This document shows positions 35,058 to 44,353 of a stretch of 63,641 nt of DNA, one piece after another. Source of the stretch: a virus (taxonomy: Duplodnaviria > Caudoviricetes); the IMG/VR virus record IMGVR_UViG_3300032311_000461, positions 1 to 63,641 of that record; one strand, written 5' to 3'. Below the pieces are notes generated by a model, which worked only from the letters and a program-made list of their open reading frames with translations, was not told where the DNA came from and did no database searches. Within the stretch, counting starts at the first letter, position 1. Each line of letters starts with the position of its first letter. Made by a program: the position numbers and the translations under genes.

Positions 35058-35939
35058 ATGAACGTCCAGACTTCCGGTATCGCTGATCGTATGCGGGCCA
35101 CCTTCCCCACCGTCATCAAGGCTCCCTTGCATGGGCCGGATGGGCTGACAACCGACTGGCATGGGCTGTGGCGGATGGACAACCACCAAGCGGTGGGCCC
35201 CGGCTCAGTCAGTGCAAGGTATGCACCTCACACCAGCGAGGACGTAATCGCTCTGGTCGAGGCGGCGGAACACACCTTCGGTGAGGTGGGGGACGTTGAG
35301 ATGGGCTTCAACCACGGGCACTTCATCAGCGTGGCACCCAAGCTGTCGAAGGAGAAGCGGCTGGAACTGTACGAGAACGACATCGTATTCCCCCGGCTGA
35401 TGATCAATGCCCCCTATGGGTCCAGCTTTCGGGCCAACGTGGGCCTGTTCCGTATCGTGTGCAGCAATTTGTACACGATGCGGGAAGTGTCGGGGATCAG
35501 CGTCACCTTCCGCCATACCCACAGCCTGCGGTCGAAGATGGACGAACTCATCTCCGACTTCCGGTTGCTGGAGCATGGGTGGGACCGGCTGTCGGAGCGG
35601 GTGACCGCGATGACGCAGGCCAAGACTCAGGTGGCCGACTTCCTCGACTCCATATACGGGGTGCCAGCGGACGAGGCCAGTGAGCGGAGCGTGACCATGC
35701 ACAAGAACCGCACCCGGGCAATCATCACCCGGATGGCACAGGAACGCATCCGGGTTCACGGCAATGCCGGTGACCTGATGCAGGCCACCCACTGGGAAAT
35801 GTTCAACGCCATTCAAGGCTTTGTCCAGCACGACAAGTCCCGCAAGGGGAACGTGTCGGCGGTGGATCGCATCATCCTTGCCAACGAGGACGAGACTGTG
35901 CGGCGGGCTGAGAAGTTGCTGTTGGAGTTGGCGGTCTGA
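35058..35939 (+). CDS. DUF932/DUF945-like protein
   Basis: VSARYAPH...INAPYGSS...FRIVCSN...RHT...WEMFNAIQGFVQH. Confidence 0.75.
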   Translation: MNVQTSGIADRMRATFPTVIKAPLHGPDGLTTDWHGLWRMDNHQAVGPGSVSARYAPHTSEDVIALVEAAEHTFGEVGDVEMGFNHGHFISVAPKLSKEKRLELYENDIVFPRLMINAPYGSSFRANVGLFRIVCSNLYTMREVSGISVTFRHTHSLRSKMDELISDFRLLEHGWDRLSERVTAMTQAKTQVADFLDSIYGVPADEASERSVTMHKNRTRAIITRMAQERIRVHGNAGDLMQATHWEMFNAIQGFVQHDKSRKGNVSAVDRIILANEDETVRRAEKLLLELAV

Positions 35940-36005
35940 CCACAAGGCAGAGCGGGGCGGGGAGTGCGTTGCTCCTCGCCCCGCTGGCCACAAGGGGAAC
36001 TAACC

Positions 36006-36314
36006 ATGAACAGGCTGTCCGAATACCGAATGAGTGAACGACGGCTACTGAAACCGGGCACACGATTCACCGCGAAGGGCGGGCCGGTCTACCAGCTATC
36101 TGATGGGACCGCCGTGCCACTGGCATCGCGGGGCCCCTTTGAGTTCATCGCTTACTGCCAAGCGGATGGATATGACTTCATCCAAGCACGGGATAGGGAC
36201 GGGTGTAGTGCAGTGCTGCACCTAACAGGGGAGAGAAAAACAGCCAGCCCTGAGATTATCGGCAGGCCATACACGTTGGGGAAAGTGTTCCGCAAGAAAC
36301 AACCAAGGAGGTGA
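36006..36314 (+). CDS. Hypothetical protein
   Basis: MNRLSEYR, 102 aa. Confidence 0.7.
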   Translation: MNRLSEYRMSERRLLKPGTRFTAKGGPVYQLSDGTAVPLASRGPFEFIAYCQADGYDFIQARDRDGCSAVLHLTGERKTASPEIIGRPYTLGKVFRKKQPRR

Positions 36315-36317
36315 GCG

Positions 36318-36479
36318 ATGTTCAAGTACCGTTACAAGGATGGACTAGCCCAGTCGGAGAGCGAGATGATTCGTGCCCTGCGATTGCGAGGCTATGCGGT
36401 AGTTGTGGTGAAGGCAGGAGCCATGCAGCGGGGGCTGGTCGAAGACGCTATGAAGAAAGCAGCAAAGGTGAAAGCATGA
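36318..36479 (+). CDS. 53-aa hypothetical protein (not in ORF track)
   Basis: AAGGAGGT SD, MFKYRYKDG...ALRLRGYAVVVV. Confidence 0.6.
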   Translation: MFKYRYKDGLAQSESEMIRALRLRGYAVVVVKAGAMQRGLVEDAMKKAAKVKA

Positions 36480-36736
36480 TCGCTATAGTCGAGTTGGGTT
36501 ACGTCATCTACTGGCTGAAAACCTTTTACCCCAGCCTAGAGAACGCGGAGGTGTACAAGCAGCGGCTGTGGGTTACAGCCGGGATGCTTGCGGTCCTGTC
36601 GGTGGCTGGCCACCTATCCTCAAAAGAATTGGGGGCGGTGGTTTCGGGCTGGGCGATTGCCATTGAACTGGCGAGTGTGGTTCTCAACGTGATGAACCTT
36701 GACGATAGACTCTTTCCCCGGAAGGAAACCTACTGA
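36476..36736 (+). CDS. Membrane protein
   Basis: Two to three hydrophobic segments, ATGA coupling. Confidence 0.6.
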   Translation: MIAIVELGYVIYWLKTFYPSLENAEVYKQRLWVTAGMLAVLSVAGHLSSKELGAVVSGWAIAIELASVVLNVMNLDDRLFPRKETY

Positions 36737-36942
36737 TGGAACATGACCCCTACGAAGAGAATCGCAGCCTGCCCAAGGTGGATTACGCCAGCCTTGAGTA
36801 CCGGCTGTACCGGCTGGCATCAGCCTGTTACGCCTACCTTGACGAGAACGATCCCAAGCAGGCGCGGCTCAAACAACTGTGTAACGATCTGCCTCAGGAG
36901 TACGAAGAACGATCCATGCGGCAACACAAGGAAAGGAACTGA
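36736..36942 (+). CDS. Hypothetical protein
   Basis: 68 aa, TGATG coupling. Confidence 0.65.
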   Translation: MEHDPYEENRSLPKVDYASLEYRLYRLASACYAYLDENDPKQARLKQLCNDLPQEYEERSMRQHKERN

Positions 36943-36947
36943 CCACC

Positions 36948-37184
36948 ATGACCAGCACCACGGTAGCCTTGACTGAGCGGCAGGAGGAAATCCTGCGGTT
37001 CATTGCCATGCACATCGACATCAATGGGTTCCAGCCCAGCTTCAGAGAGATGATGGATCGGTTCAAGATCAGGAGCCCCAACGGAATCACTGCCCACCTC
37101 AGGGCACTGGAGAAGAAGGGGGTCATCGCGTCCAACTACCAAACCTCACGGGCAATCAGCTTTGCATGGAAGGAGTGGCTTTGA
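36948..37184 (+). CDS. LexA-type winged-HTH DNA-binding domain only (no peptidase domain)
   Basis: LTERQEEILRFI...GFQPSFREM...SPNGITAHLRALEKKGVI...SRAI. Confidence 0.88.
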   Translation: MTSTTVALTERQEEILRFIAMHIDINGFQPSFREMMDRFKIRSPNGITAHLRALEKKGVIASNYQTSRAISFAWKEWL

Positions 37185-38020
37185 TGAAGGCATACATCTA
37201 CACCCGTGTCTCAACCACGGATCAGAACCTGAGCCCAGAGTGGCAAGGCAACGTGTGCAAGAGCTACTACGAGGCCAGCCTGAAACACAGGGGCTACGAG
37301 TTTGGTGGTATGCTCCACGATCACGGTGAGTCGGCATACAAGATCGACTGGCGTGACCGCACTGCGGGCCGGGAGTTGTTCAACGCTGCCAAGCCCGGTG
37401 ACATCATCATCGTGGCGAAGATGTGCCGTGCCTTCCGGTCTACCCGGGACAGGGAAAACTGCCTCCATTTCCTAGGGCAGGTGGGCATCGACATTGCCAT
37501 CCTCGACTGTGCGATGGACACCACCACGGCAGCCGGGAAGTTCGCGGCTGGGATCATTGCGCTTCAGGTTCAGTGGGAGTCAGACGTTAAGAGTGAGCGG
37601 GCACGGGCTGCCCACTCTGTGCGTAAGGCCCGCCATAACCCAATGAAGAAACGCCCACCGGCTGGGTGGAAGTGGGACCGGGCGATTGATGAACTGGTCC
37701 CAGACTGGGACGAGCGGCGATTGCTGGCCATGATCTATGACCTGAGGGATCGCGGCATCCAGCACATAGCTGGCTCTGCCCGCACCCTCAAGGACAACGG
37801 GGTCAAGCGTGACTGCGGCTACGGCTACAACAAGGCGTGGCTGTGCCGTGCATACGGAGCCTTCCTGAGGAACTTCCCCCGGGAAGGGTTCGTCAAGTCA
37901 CGCGGCAACACCAAGGTGGCAGTCAAGGCTGGGCGTATCAAGGCATCCCTGCCCCGGGCTGAACGCGAAAGGATACTGCGGTCTTCCGAAGTCTCTCCAG
38001 CTTTGCGGCCATCAACTTAG
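37184..38020 (+). CDS. Serine recombinase (resolvase/invertase family)
   Basis: YIYTRVSTTDQ catalytic Ser, DHGESA, RAFRS, DTTTAAGK, WESDVKSER. Confidence 0.9.
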   Translation: MKAYIYTRVSTTDQNLSPEWQGNVCKSYYEASLKHRGYEFGGMLHDHGESAYKIDWRDRTAGRELFNAAKPGDIIIVAKMCRAFRSTRDRENCLHFLGQVGIDIAILDCAMDTTTAAGKFAAGIIALQVQWESDVKSERARAAHSVRKARHNPMKKRPPAGWKWDRAIDELVPDWDERRLLAMIYDLRDRGIQHIAGSARTLKDNGVKRDCGYGYNKAWLCRAYGAFLRNFPREGFVKSRGNTKVAVKAGRIKASLPRAERERILRSSEVSPALRPST

Positions 38021-38495
38021 CCACCTGCCGGGTGCTGATCCCTCTGTCCCGTGCCATCTGCCGGATGCTGGTGCCTTCTATGACATGATCCGTGATCCAC
38101 TGCCGGTCCTCGGGAGGCATGGCATGGAGGGCAACCAGCATCTCGGCAGTGTGGCCGTCATCACTCTCTAGGTCCCGGGCTGGAATCTTTCTCTCTATGA
38201 CTTCCAGCGTTACCCGGTAGGCGACCATCCCTCCCAGCCCGCCATTGGATCGCAACTCTGTCCTGCAACTCTTGAGCAACTCATGCAGGATCGCCCGGGA
38301 GAAGTACCCCCTCAACTCCCGGGACGGGTCATACGTCCTCGCCGCCAACACACAGGCGAAGCGGGCGGCACTCTCTAGCTCTTCCCTGTCCACCACTTCT
38401 CTCAGGCATGGATAGGACCCAAGGAAATAATGCAGGCACGGAGTGATTAACTCCAGAGCCTGCTCTGCGTAACCCTGCTGGTCTTGTGTGAGCAT
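37938..38495 (-). CDS. Sigma-70 family sigma factor (regions 2 and 4)
   Basis: EELESAA...AARTYDPSR..LRGYFSRAI; SIRQMARDRGISTRQV HTH. Confidence 0.75.
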   Translation of the reverse strand: MLTQDQQGYAEQALELITPCLHYFLGSYPCLREVVDREELESAARFACVLAARTYDPSRELRGYFSRAILHELLKSCRTELRSNGGLGGMVAYRVTLEVIERKIPARDLESDDGHTAEMLVALHAMPPEDRQWITDHVIEGTSIRQMARDRGISTRQVAKLMAAKLERLRKTAVSFRVQPGAGMP

Positions 38496-38498
38496 GAT

Positions 38499-38681
38499 CT
38501 ACATACGCGCATGGGCTGCCTCCCGATACACGCGGCTGCAATGTAATTCATAGCAGTCCCGACACCGGCAATCTTCCGTTGTCATCCCATACGGGTCAAC
38601 AGTAACGGTGGCCTTGGCACCGCAATCAACGCACTCACCACGGGCAGGGGCTGGGCCTGTCTCTTCGACGGGCATGGGCAT
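38499..38681 (-). CDS. Small zinc-finger protein
   Basis: CVDC...CRDC, GAGGAG SD. Confidence 0.6.
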   Translation of the reverse strand: MPMPVEETGPAPARGECVDCGAKATVTVDPYGMTTEDCRCRDCYELHCSRVYREAAHARM

Positions 38682-38979
38682 ACTCCTCTATCTTCTTACG
38701 GGCTACCTCAGGGGCCACCTCCAGCACAGCACAGCAATCCTCAAAGGTTACGGTGCCCACCCCACCCTGCATCCAACGCTCGGCAGCTTCCCATGAGTCA
38801 CGCTGCCTCATCCCAAAGCTGCGACAGGCGTAATGATCGGGGCCCCGGGCCTGCCGGTAGAGGTTACGGGCCTCCTTGATCCGCGTGGTTGCGTCAGCCA
38901 TGAGCCCCACGCACAGCATCCGCCAGCCACCCCGGATGGTCAGGTCATCCATGCTCTTTGTCTCAAGATCGGCTTCCAT
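38635..38979 (-). CDS. Hypothetical protein
   Basis: AERWM...TFEDCCAVLEV motif, GGAGG SD. Confidence 0.7.
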   Translation of the reverse strand: MEADLETKSMDDLTIRGGWRMLCVGLMADATTRIKEARNLYRQARGPDHYACRSFGMRQRDSWEAAERWMQGGVGTVTFEDCCAVLEVAPEVARKKIEEYAHARRRDRPSPCPW

Positions 38980-39268
38980 TCTTTGCCTCCGTATCTATTG
39001 CCATCAGCAAGTTCGCTGCGGCGTGACCTAGGTGATCCTCTGACCTGTCGCCAGCCAGATGGTTAAAGATGTGAGCCAACGCATGGTTCAGGATGTCGTT
39101 GACCGGGAACCCCTTCTCCCAGTTATTGAGCCCGTACTTCTCGGCACCCTCTGCCATCGTCAAGGCGACTCGCTTGAGCCCGATGAGGGGGACGAGATCG
39201 TACCGCTCGGTGAGGTGGGATCGCCGCGCCCCGGTGTCATAGAGCTTGAAAGCATCGACACCAGCCAA
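38963..39268 (-). CDS. dATP/dGTP diphosphohydrolase-like (DUF5664) protein, start uncertain
   Basis: TGARRS...RYDLVP...GAEKYGLNNWEKG...EDHLGHAAANL. Confidence 0.8.
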   Translation of the reverse strand: MAGVDAFKLYDTGARRSHLTERYDLVPLIGLKRVALTMAEGAEKYGLNNWEKGFPVNDILNHALAHIFNHLAGDRSEDHLGHAAANLLMAIDTEAKNGSRS

Positions 39269-39585
39269 GGCAGGTCGGTCAGCCTCAGGGTGATCAGCCA
39301 GTCTGTCCTCTTCTTTTTGTGGCAGACCACGGCTAACTTGCTGGTGCCAGCTTCCTGCACTGCCCGCTCCATCGTTGGATGGATCGAAAGGGCCTCGACC
39401 ATCTTGCTCTCCACATGGAGAAGCGGAACCTCCGCTATCACTAGGTCCGCTGCCCCACCCTCCACACAACCGTTGAACTGCTGTGACCGACGCGCCGATT
39501 CCCATCCCATCACCTCCCTTAGTGTTTGTGCTAGTAACCTTTCCGCCCGTGCCCCCTTGGCCCTGCTATTCAGAGGCATGGTCAT
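39160..39585 (-). CDS. Holliday junction resolvase-like PD-(D/E)XK nuclease
   Basis: NSRAKGARAER...ADL...HVESK. Confidence 0.8.
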   Translation of the reverse strand: MTMPLNSRAKGARAERLLAQTLREVMGWESARRSQQFNGCVEGGAADLVIAEVPLLHVESKMVEALSIHPTMERAVQEAGTSKLAVVCHKKKRTDWLITLRLTDLPWLVSMLSSSMTPGRGDPTSPSGTISSPSSGSSESP

Positions 39586-39826
39586 CCTCCTTCTCCCGCT
39601 TCGCCATTGCCCGCTTCAACCAAGCTGGCAGCTTCGGCTTGTAACCCATGAACAAGTATCTGTGCTGCACCCTCAGGGTCCCGTTGGTGACCGGCCTGAG
39701 AACGTGCTGGTAGGTGAACCTCTTGCCCGCACAGTCGTAGGTCAGGTACTCCACGATGTCATCGTCATGCAGCTTCTCTGCCCTTCCGCACAGCGGGCCA
39801 CCCACATAGACAACCCTTCTCTTCAT
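39566..39826 (-). CDS. Hypothetical protein
   Basis: YVGGPLCG motif, coupled ORF. Confidence 0.65.
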   Translation of the reverse strand: MKRRVVYVGGPLCGRAEKLHDDDIVEYLTYDCAGKRFTYQHVLRPVTNGTLRVQHRYLFMGYKPKLPAWLKRAMAKREKEDDHASE

Positions 39827-40137
39827 GCGTCACCTTCTTTCTTGAATGCCCCGCCCGGTGTCATGTGCCCCTTCCGATCCTTGATCTCCTCATAGGCCGC
39901 AGCCAGACACACCGGCAGCGTCAGCCCCGACAGCTTGGCGAGGATCACCAGCACCACGGTGCAATCCCCAATGCCGTCGATCACCCCAGCCTCATCGTTC
40001 TTGATGATGGCATCTGCCAACTCCCCAACTTCCGACACCAACTTGAGGGCCTGAGCCTTGGCATCGGAGTGGGTGAGTATCTGCCGGTCGGCAGCCCACC
40101 TCTCAGTCAGTTCGATCAGGTAGTCCGTACTCTTCAC
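39823..40137 (-). CDS. MazG-like nucleotide pyrophosphohydrolase
   Basis: KLVSEVGELADA...DGIGD...AAYEEIKDRKG; GTG start with AGGAG SD. Confidence 0.85.
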   Translation of the reverse strand: MKSTDYLIELTERWAADRQILTHSDAKAQALKLVSEVGELADAIIKNDEAGVIDGIGDCTVVLVILAKLSGLTLPVCLAAAYEEIKDRKGHMTPGGAFKKEGDA

Positions 40138-40205
40138 GGCATCTCTCCTTGGGGTTAGGGCACTGGCCACGATCTGTTGCGCCACTGTCATGCAGCGTTG
40201 AAGCA

Positions 40206-40640
40206 TCACTCCCCCTTCTCTATGTAAGGTGCTCGGGATGTCAGGAGTCGAGCATTCTTCACCCGCTCCTCCGTCACCCACGCTGGCAATGGCTTGGGGT
40301 CTTCCTTGAGTCCTGCCCTCCGTAGCAGCTTGGCCAGAAACTCAAGGTCAAACATCTCTTCCCCGTCCTCCTCCAGCTTGGCCTGCAACATATGCCCAAG
40401 AGTGAGCGGCCTCTGGCTGTGCCCTTGGTGGTAGTCCTCATGGCAGCGGGCACAGACACAAATCAGATTCCGGTGATCGTGAGCGTCGAGCCCGCCGCGC
40501 CGCCCAACGAGGTGGTGAAGCTGGGCCTCCCTGCGATAAGCCTTCAGATGACGAGGGAAGTAGCACACGGCACACCTCTCAGACATGAAGGCATAGGCTT
40601 CAAGCTGGCGGCGGATGCGTTCCGATTTCTTTGAAGGCAT
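40206..40640 (-). CDS. HNH-type nuclease
   Basis: CAVC...LHHL...RNLICVCARCH. Confidence 0.75.
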   Translation of the reverse strand: MPSKKSERIRRQLEAYAFMSERCAVCYFPRHLKAYRREAQLHHLVGRRGGLDAHDHRNLICVCARCHEDYHQGHSQRPLTLGHMLQAKLEEDGEEMFDLEFLAKLLRRAGLKEDPKPLPAWVTEERVKNARLLTSRAPYIEKGE

Positions 40641-40702
40641 GATGATTCCTTGTGTATTGAAAGCCGGTTTTGATGGCCCGGGTCCGGCAACCGGGATGCA
40701 AA

Positions 40703-41059
40703 CTAGAAAGCGTCATCGAAGGCGGCGGCGGCGGATGGTGCTGCATCGCGGGGCTGCCACTTCACCCAGCCATTGCCACTGAGGAAGGAACCATCCTTGC
40801 CCTTACGTCTGGGGTAGAGCTTGTTGCCCACTCTGGTCTGACCAAACGAGAGGGTTGCGTTGCAGGAGTTGCAGCGCATTTCGTGATAGGAATTTCCATC
40901 ACGCTCTCTCACGGTGGGCATGGTGTCTGGGCTTTGGCAGGCACCGCACACAGTCTGGGAAAACACTTCGATGGACTGTGCCAACTCCACGAAACATTCC
41001 TTGACATCACTGCCCTCGACTTCAATCTCCATACGATCCGTTTTGTGCTTCACTCGCAT
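40703..41059 (-). CDS. Zinc-ribbon protein with SSB-like acidic tail
   Basis: CGAC...CNSC, ends AFDDAF. Confidence 0.7.
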   Translation of the reverse strand: MRVKHKTDRMEIEVEGSDVKECFVELAQSIEVFSQTVCGACQSPDTMPTVRERDGNSYHEMRCNSCNATLSFGQTRVGNKLYPRRKGKDGSFLSGNGWVKWQPRDAAPSAAAAFDDAF

Positions 41060-41562
41060 TGACCTGCCTCCTTAGGAAACTCACTGGGTACAATGACAGG
41101 CTGCCCACCACCCCAGTAAATGGATGGACCTGTGTAAGTATAACTATTGGTATCAAACGGGCACTCGTCCGCATCACCATCAGCACGATCAAACTCAAGC
41201 CGCAGTCTCTGGTACTCGCAGCCCTCTTTGTAATCACCTGAATGATTGCGAGTCTGTGTTTCTTTCTTTGGTTTCGGTGGGGGAGAAGACTTCTTTGGGG
41301 AAGGCAGGGTGGCGTATCTTCTGGCCATCTCTGCCTTCGCCCATCCCCAGTTCATCTTTTCCACAGCCCACTCTAGGTAATCCAATGGCAGGTCTTTGAT
41401 GGCCCTGCCTGCCCACTTACCATTTCTCATCACATAATCAGGGTCGCCAAACCGCACCGGCTGGGCACCAACAACTGGCGCGACCACTGCCGACCGCTCA
41501 CTATCACTGGCGTGGCTAGACTGCCATCCCCGCCATCGTGTACTAACCCTGTGCTTGCTCAT
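41050..41562 (-). CDS. Hypothetical protein with DUF3820-like motif
   Basis: MRNGKWAGRAIKDLPLDYLEW. Confidence 0.65.
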   Translation of the reverse strand: MSKHRVSTRWRGWQSSHASDSERSAVVAPVVGAQPVRFGDPDYVMRNGKWAGRAIKDLPLDYLEWAVEKMNWGWAKAEMARRYATLPSPKKSSPPPKPKKETQTRNHSGDYKEGCEYQRLRLEFDRADGDADECPFDTNSYTYTGPSIYWGGGQPVIVPSEFPKEAGQCE

Positions 41563-41738
41563 CGAACTTCCTTTCTCAATGGTGTTCTTCCGAATCACAC
41601 ACCGCATCGTCGCATCTAACCCGCCTACACCGGGGGCAATGGCACCTAAAAAATAGGACCTAAAGCCCATTGCAAAACGACCTCATTGCCCCTGTGCAAG
41701 CGAGACTAAGCTGCCTGCATTTCCTTACTGCGACCTCA

Positions 41739-42189
41739 GTCCTCCCGTAGACGAGAGAGTTGGGTGTCACCTTTACGCGAACTGCATGGTGGAAGCAGCG
41801 GTTCAGCTACCACCTCGGGCACCTTTCGGCTGTTGCCTACTCCCGGCCCTTCGTCTGTCGCCTTGTGAACATCGTCACGCCCGTCTGTCTTACCTCTGGG
41901 TTAGACCCTGTGGAGGATAGGCCCCTACATCGAACGGTTCAGGGCTTTAATCGTCCCTCATAGTCTGACAGCCACTCTCGGCTGACAGCTTGTTGCTTCT
42001 GTCTCAGGTGCCCGGCCTCTCCCTTTTCGTTAGGAGTTGCGGTAGGTGCGACCCGGGAAAGCTAGAGCCGAAGGTAACACTGAAGTTACTTCCTCAGATT
42101 GCAGTCGCTGCCGGTCGGCCTTGCCTTACTCCATCCGTTACCACGGCTGCCCAACTCCACGGCGGGTGATCGGGTCAGTGCGAGAGGAC
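41739..42189 (-). ncRNA. Candidate large structured ncRNA
   Basis: No convincing ORF; at least five nested long-range helices whose wobble pairs are G-U only on the minus strand. Confidence 0.6.
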
Positions 42190-42254
42190 GGGCACCCAAG
42201 ACAAAAGCGTTTGTGTTCTCCTTGCTATTGCTGATTGTGTCGTTGTGACCAGCG

Positions 42255-42782
42255 TTACCCTGCCCGTGATTTTTGGTCAAGGGTTAGGTCAACAGATTTC
42301 TCGTACCGTTTTGTTTTTGTTCCGGTCATGTCGATGTATGCGTTGCAGCGGTTGGCCACACCACCGTTGATGGTTGCTTGGGTGTTGGTGTTGGCGATTC
42401 GCATGGGCACAACAAACTCCCCATCTTCCGCCAGCTTGCGAACGAGTAGCACCTGCGAAGGGACCAGATAGAGGAAGCCAACCAGAGGGATGCACAAGCC
42501 GTGGGCCAACTGCTTGGCTTTCTCCAGCTTGGAGAACGTCACCAGCCACTCACCCGCGAAGTCCTCAAAGAACACGCTCTCCTCAACGATGCGGCACTTG
42601 GTTTCAACCAGAGCCGCTATGCCATTGCCGTTGATCAGGATGCCGTCTACGGGGCAGGGGGAGTCCTTGTCGGTGGGAGCGTATGCCCACCCCGGATTGA
42701 ACCCCTGCCACAGCGCAACGGCATCATGCTCTTGGCGAAGGGACTCCTGACCACGGGGAGTGTTGATGTCGAGGCTCACCAT
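42255..42782 (-). CDS. PD-(D/E)XK nuclease-like protein
   Basis: PVDGIL...LVETKCR. Confidence 0.7.
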   Translation of the reverse strand: MVSLDINTPRGQESLRQEHDAVALWQGFNPGWAYAPTDKDSPCPVDGILINGNGIAALVETKCRIVEESVFFEDFAGEWLVTFSKLEKAKQLAHGLCIPLVGFLYLVPSQVLLVRKLAEDGEFVVPMRIANTNTQATINGGVANRCNAYIDMTGTKTKRYEKSVDLTLDQKSRAG

Positions 42783-44353
42783 TGGCCCACCCCCCGCTCT
42801 TCAAGGGCCTTCATCCGCCGGTCCACTTCCTGCTTGAAGGCGACCGTCCACATGGCGTTCAACTTGGCATCCCTGAGGGCCCACTGGAGCCACGACAATG
42901 GGATGGCAGGGTCCCGTAGGGGGCGACGTTTCCACTTGCCAAAGGGAACGTAGTAGCCCTTGATCTTGGGGGTCTTAACGTCCGGCCTGTCGAACAGGTC
43001 CCGGGACCGGGAGTCGAACGTGACCCCGACCACACAGGACTTCCTCCGCTCCCGCTCGGCCTCCCGCTCCAGCCGCTCCATCTCCTTGAGGGCATCAAGC
43101 TCGGCCTGAAGGGCAGCGTCGAGTTCATCCAGCGTGACTTCCTCGTCAGCGTTGTCCTGCTTGATTTTGTCGATGATTTCCTTGGGGCCAGCCAGCAACA
43201 TATCTATGGCAGTGACCGGGGAGTGGAACCGGCTGGTGTTCGTGATGTCATGGAAATCCCATGTGGGCTTGGCACTGGCAGCGATGGCAGCGATCCTCTC
43301 CTCTGCCGTGTTCAGCCCATCCAGAGTCCCGGTCAGTGCCCGTGTGCCCCGGCCCAGTCCTTGGAGGAACGTGCCCTTATGCTTGGTGGGGGCCGCATTA
43401 AAAATCTCGTTGACCATTGGGCAATCCCAACCCCTCCCCAAGACACGGCAGTTGGTGATGAGCGTGTTCTCCCCGCTCTCAAACTTCTTGATCTCAAGGT
43501 CCCGCTCCTCCGGTGGTTGCTCACCCCACACGCACGACACCTTCAATCCATAGCGGTCGGTCAGCATCTCCCTGATGGCCTTGGCTTGGGGCACAGACCG
43601 GCAGCGGATCACCCCGTGGGACTTCTTGTGGTGCTGCACAACAAGCTGGCAGATGTCATTCCTGACTGCCTCGGACATGAGGATGCCGTCGATCTCATGG
43701 GGCAGGAAGTCAACCTTGGTCTTGGACAGTTCATCGAAGTTGATGGACCGCACCGTGTGGACAGTCACCCTTGGCTTGACCAGCCAGCCCTGTGAGAAAG
43801 CCTCGCTCAACTCCATGCTGTAGGGGCATGAGGTATAGAAGCCGAACAGCGGGCTCCGCTTGTCGGCGCGTTGGGGAGTCGCGGTTACTCCCAGCACCCG
43901 TGCCCCGGCAGCAATGAACTCCTGCATCATCTCCCTGAATTTCACAGAGAAATGGATGTCAGCCTCGTCAATGATGATCAGGTCAACGTGCCCCACGAAA
44001 CGCTTGTAGCGACCGTCACTCTTGAGGGTCTGGTGGGTGGCGACGATCCACTCATCACCCGGGTCAGCCTTGAGCATGGCCTGCTCGACACTGGCAACCC
44101 GGCCCCGGAGCCTGCGGATGGTGGCCACGGTCTGCTTATTCACATTGTCTTGACCCGACACCACCATCACCCGTGCCCCTTCGCGGGGCAGGGCGACGAA
44201 CGTGGTGGTTTTGCCGACACCCGTAGGCAGGACGAGAAGGACCGCTTGGTTCCCCTCCCGAAATGCCTGCCGGATGGCGACGATGGCTTCCTTCTGGTAG
44301 GGGCGAAGAACTTCAGTGTCGAACAGGGGCAGGAAGACTTGTCCTTTCCTCAT
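42776..44353 (-). CDS. Superfamily 2 DEAD/DEAH-box helicase
   Basis: LRPYQ, LPTGVGKT, IIIDEAD, TATP, GWDCP, QGLGRGTR; C-terminal DUF3820-like PFGKW. Confidence 0.93.
   Translation of the reverse strand: MRKGQVFLPLFDTEVLRPYQKEAIVAIRQAFREGNQAVLLVLPTGVGKTTTFVALPREGARVMVVSGQDNVNKQTVATIRRLRGRVASVEQAMLKADPGDEWIVATHQTLKSDGRYKRFVGHVDLIIIDEADIHFSVKFREMMQEFIAAGARVLGVTATPQRADKRSPLFGFYTSCPYSMELSEAFSQGWLVKPRVTVHTVRSINFDELSKTKVDFLPHEIDGILMSEAVRNDICQLVVQHHKKSHGVIRCRSVPQAKAIREMLTDRYGLKVSCVWGEQPPEERDLEIKKFESGENTLITNCRVLGRGWDCPMVNEIFNAAPTKHKGTFLQGLGRGTRALTGTLDGLNTAEERIAAIAASAKPTWDFHDITNTSRFHSPVTAIDMLLAGPKEIIDKIKQDNADEEVTLDELDAALQAELDALKEMERLEREAERERRKSCVVGVTFDSRSRDLFDRPDVKTPKIKGYYVPFGKWKRRPLRDPAIPLSWLQWALRDAKLNAMWTVAFKQEVDRRMKALEERGVGQW

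Noticed and set aside
38963-40137. Z-base (2-aminoadenine) genome pathway from DUF5664 plus MazG
   Set aside because: No PurZ-like gene or phage DNA polymerase is recognisable; both enzymes are common on their own
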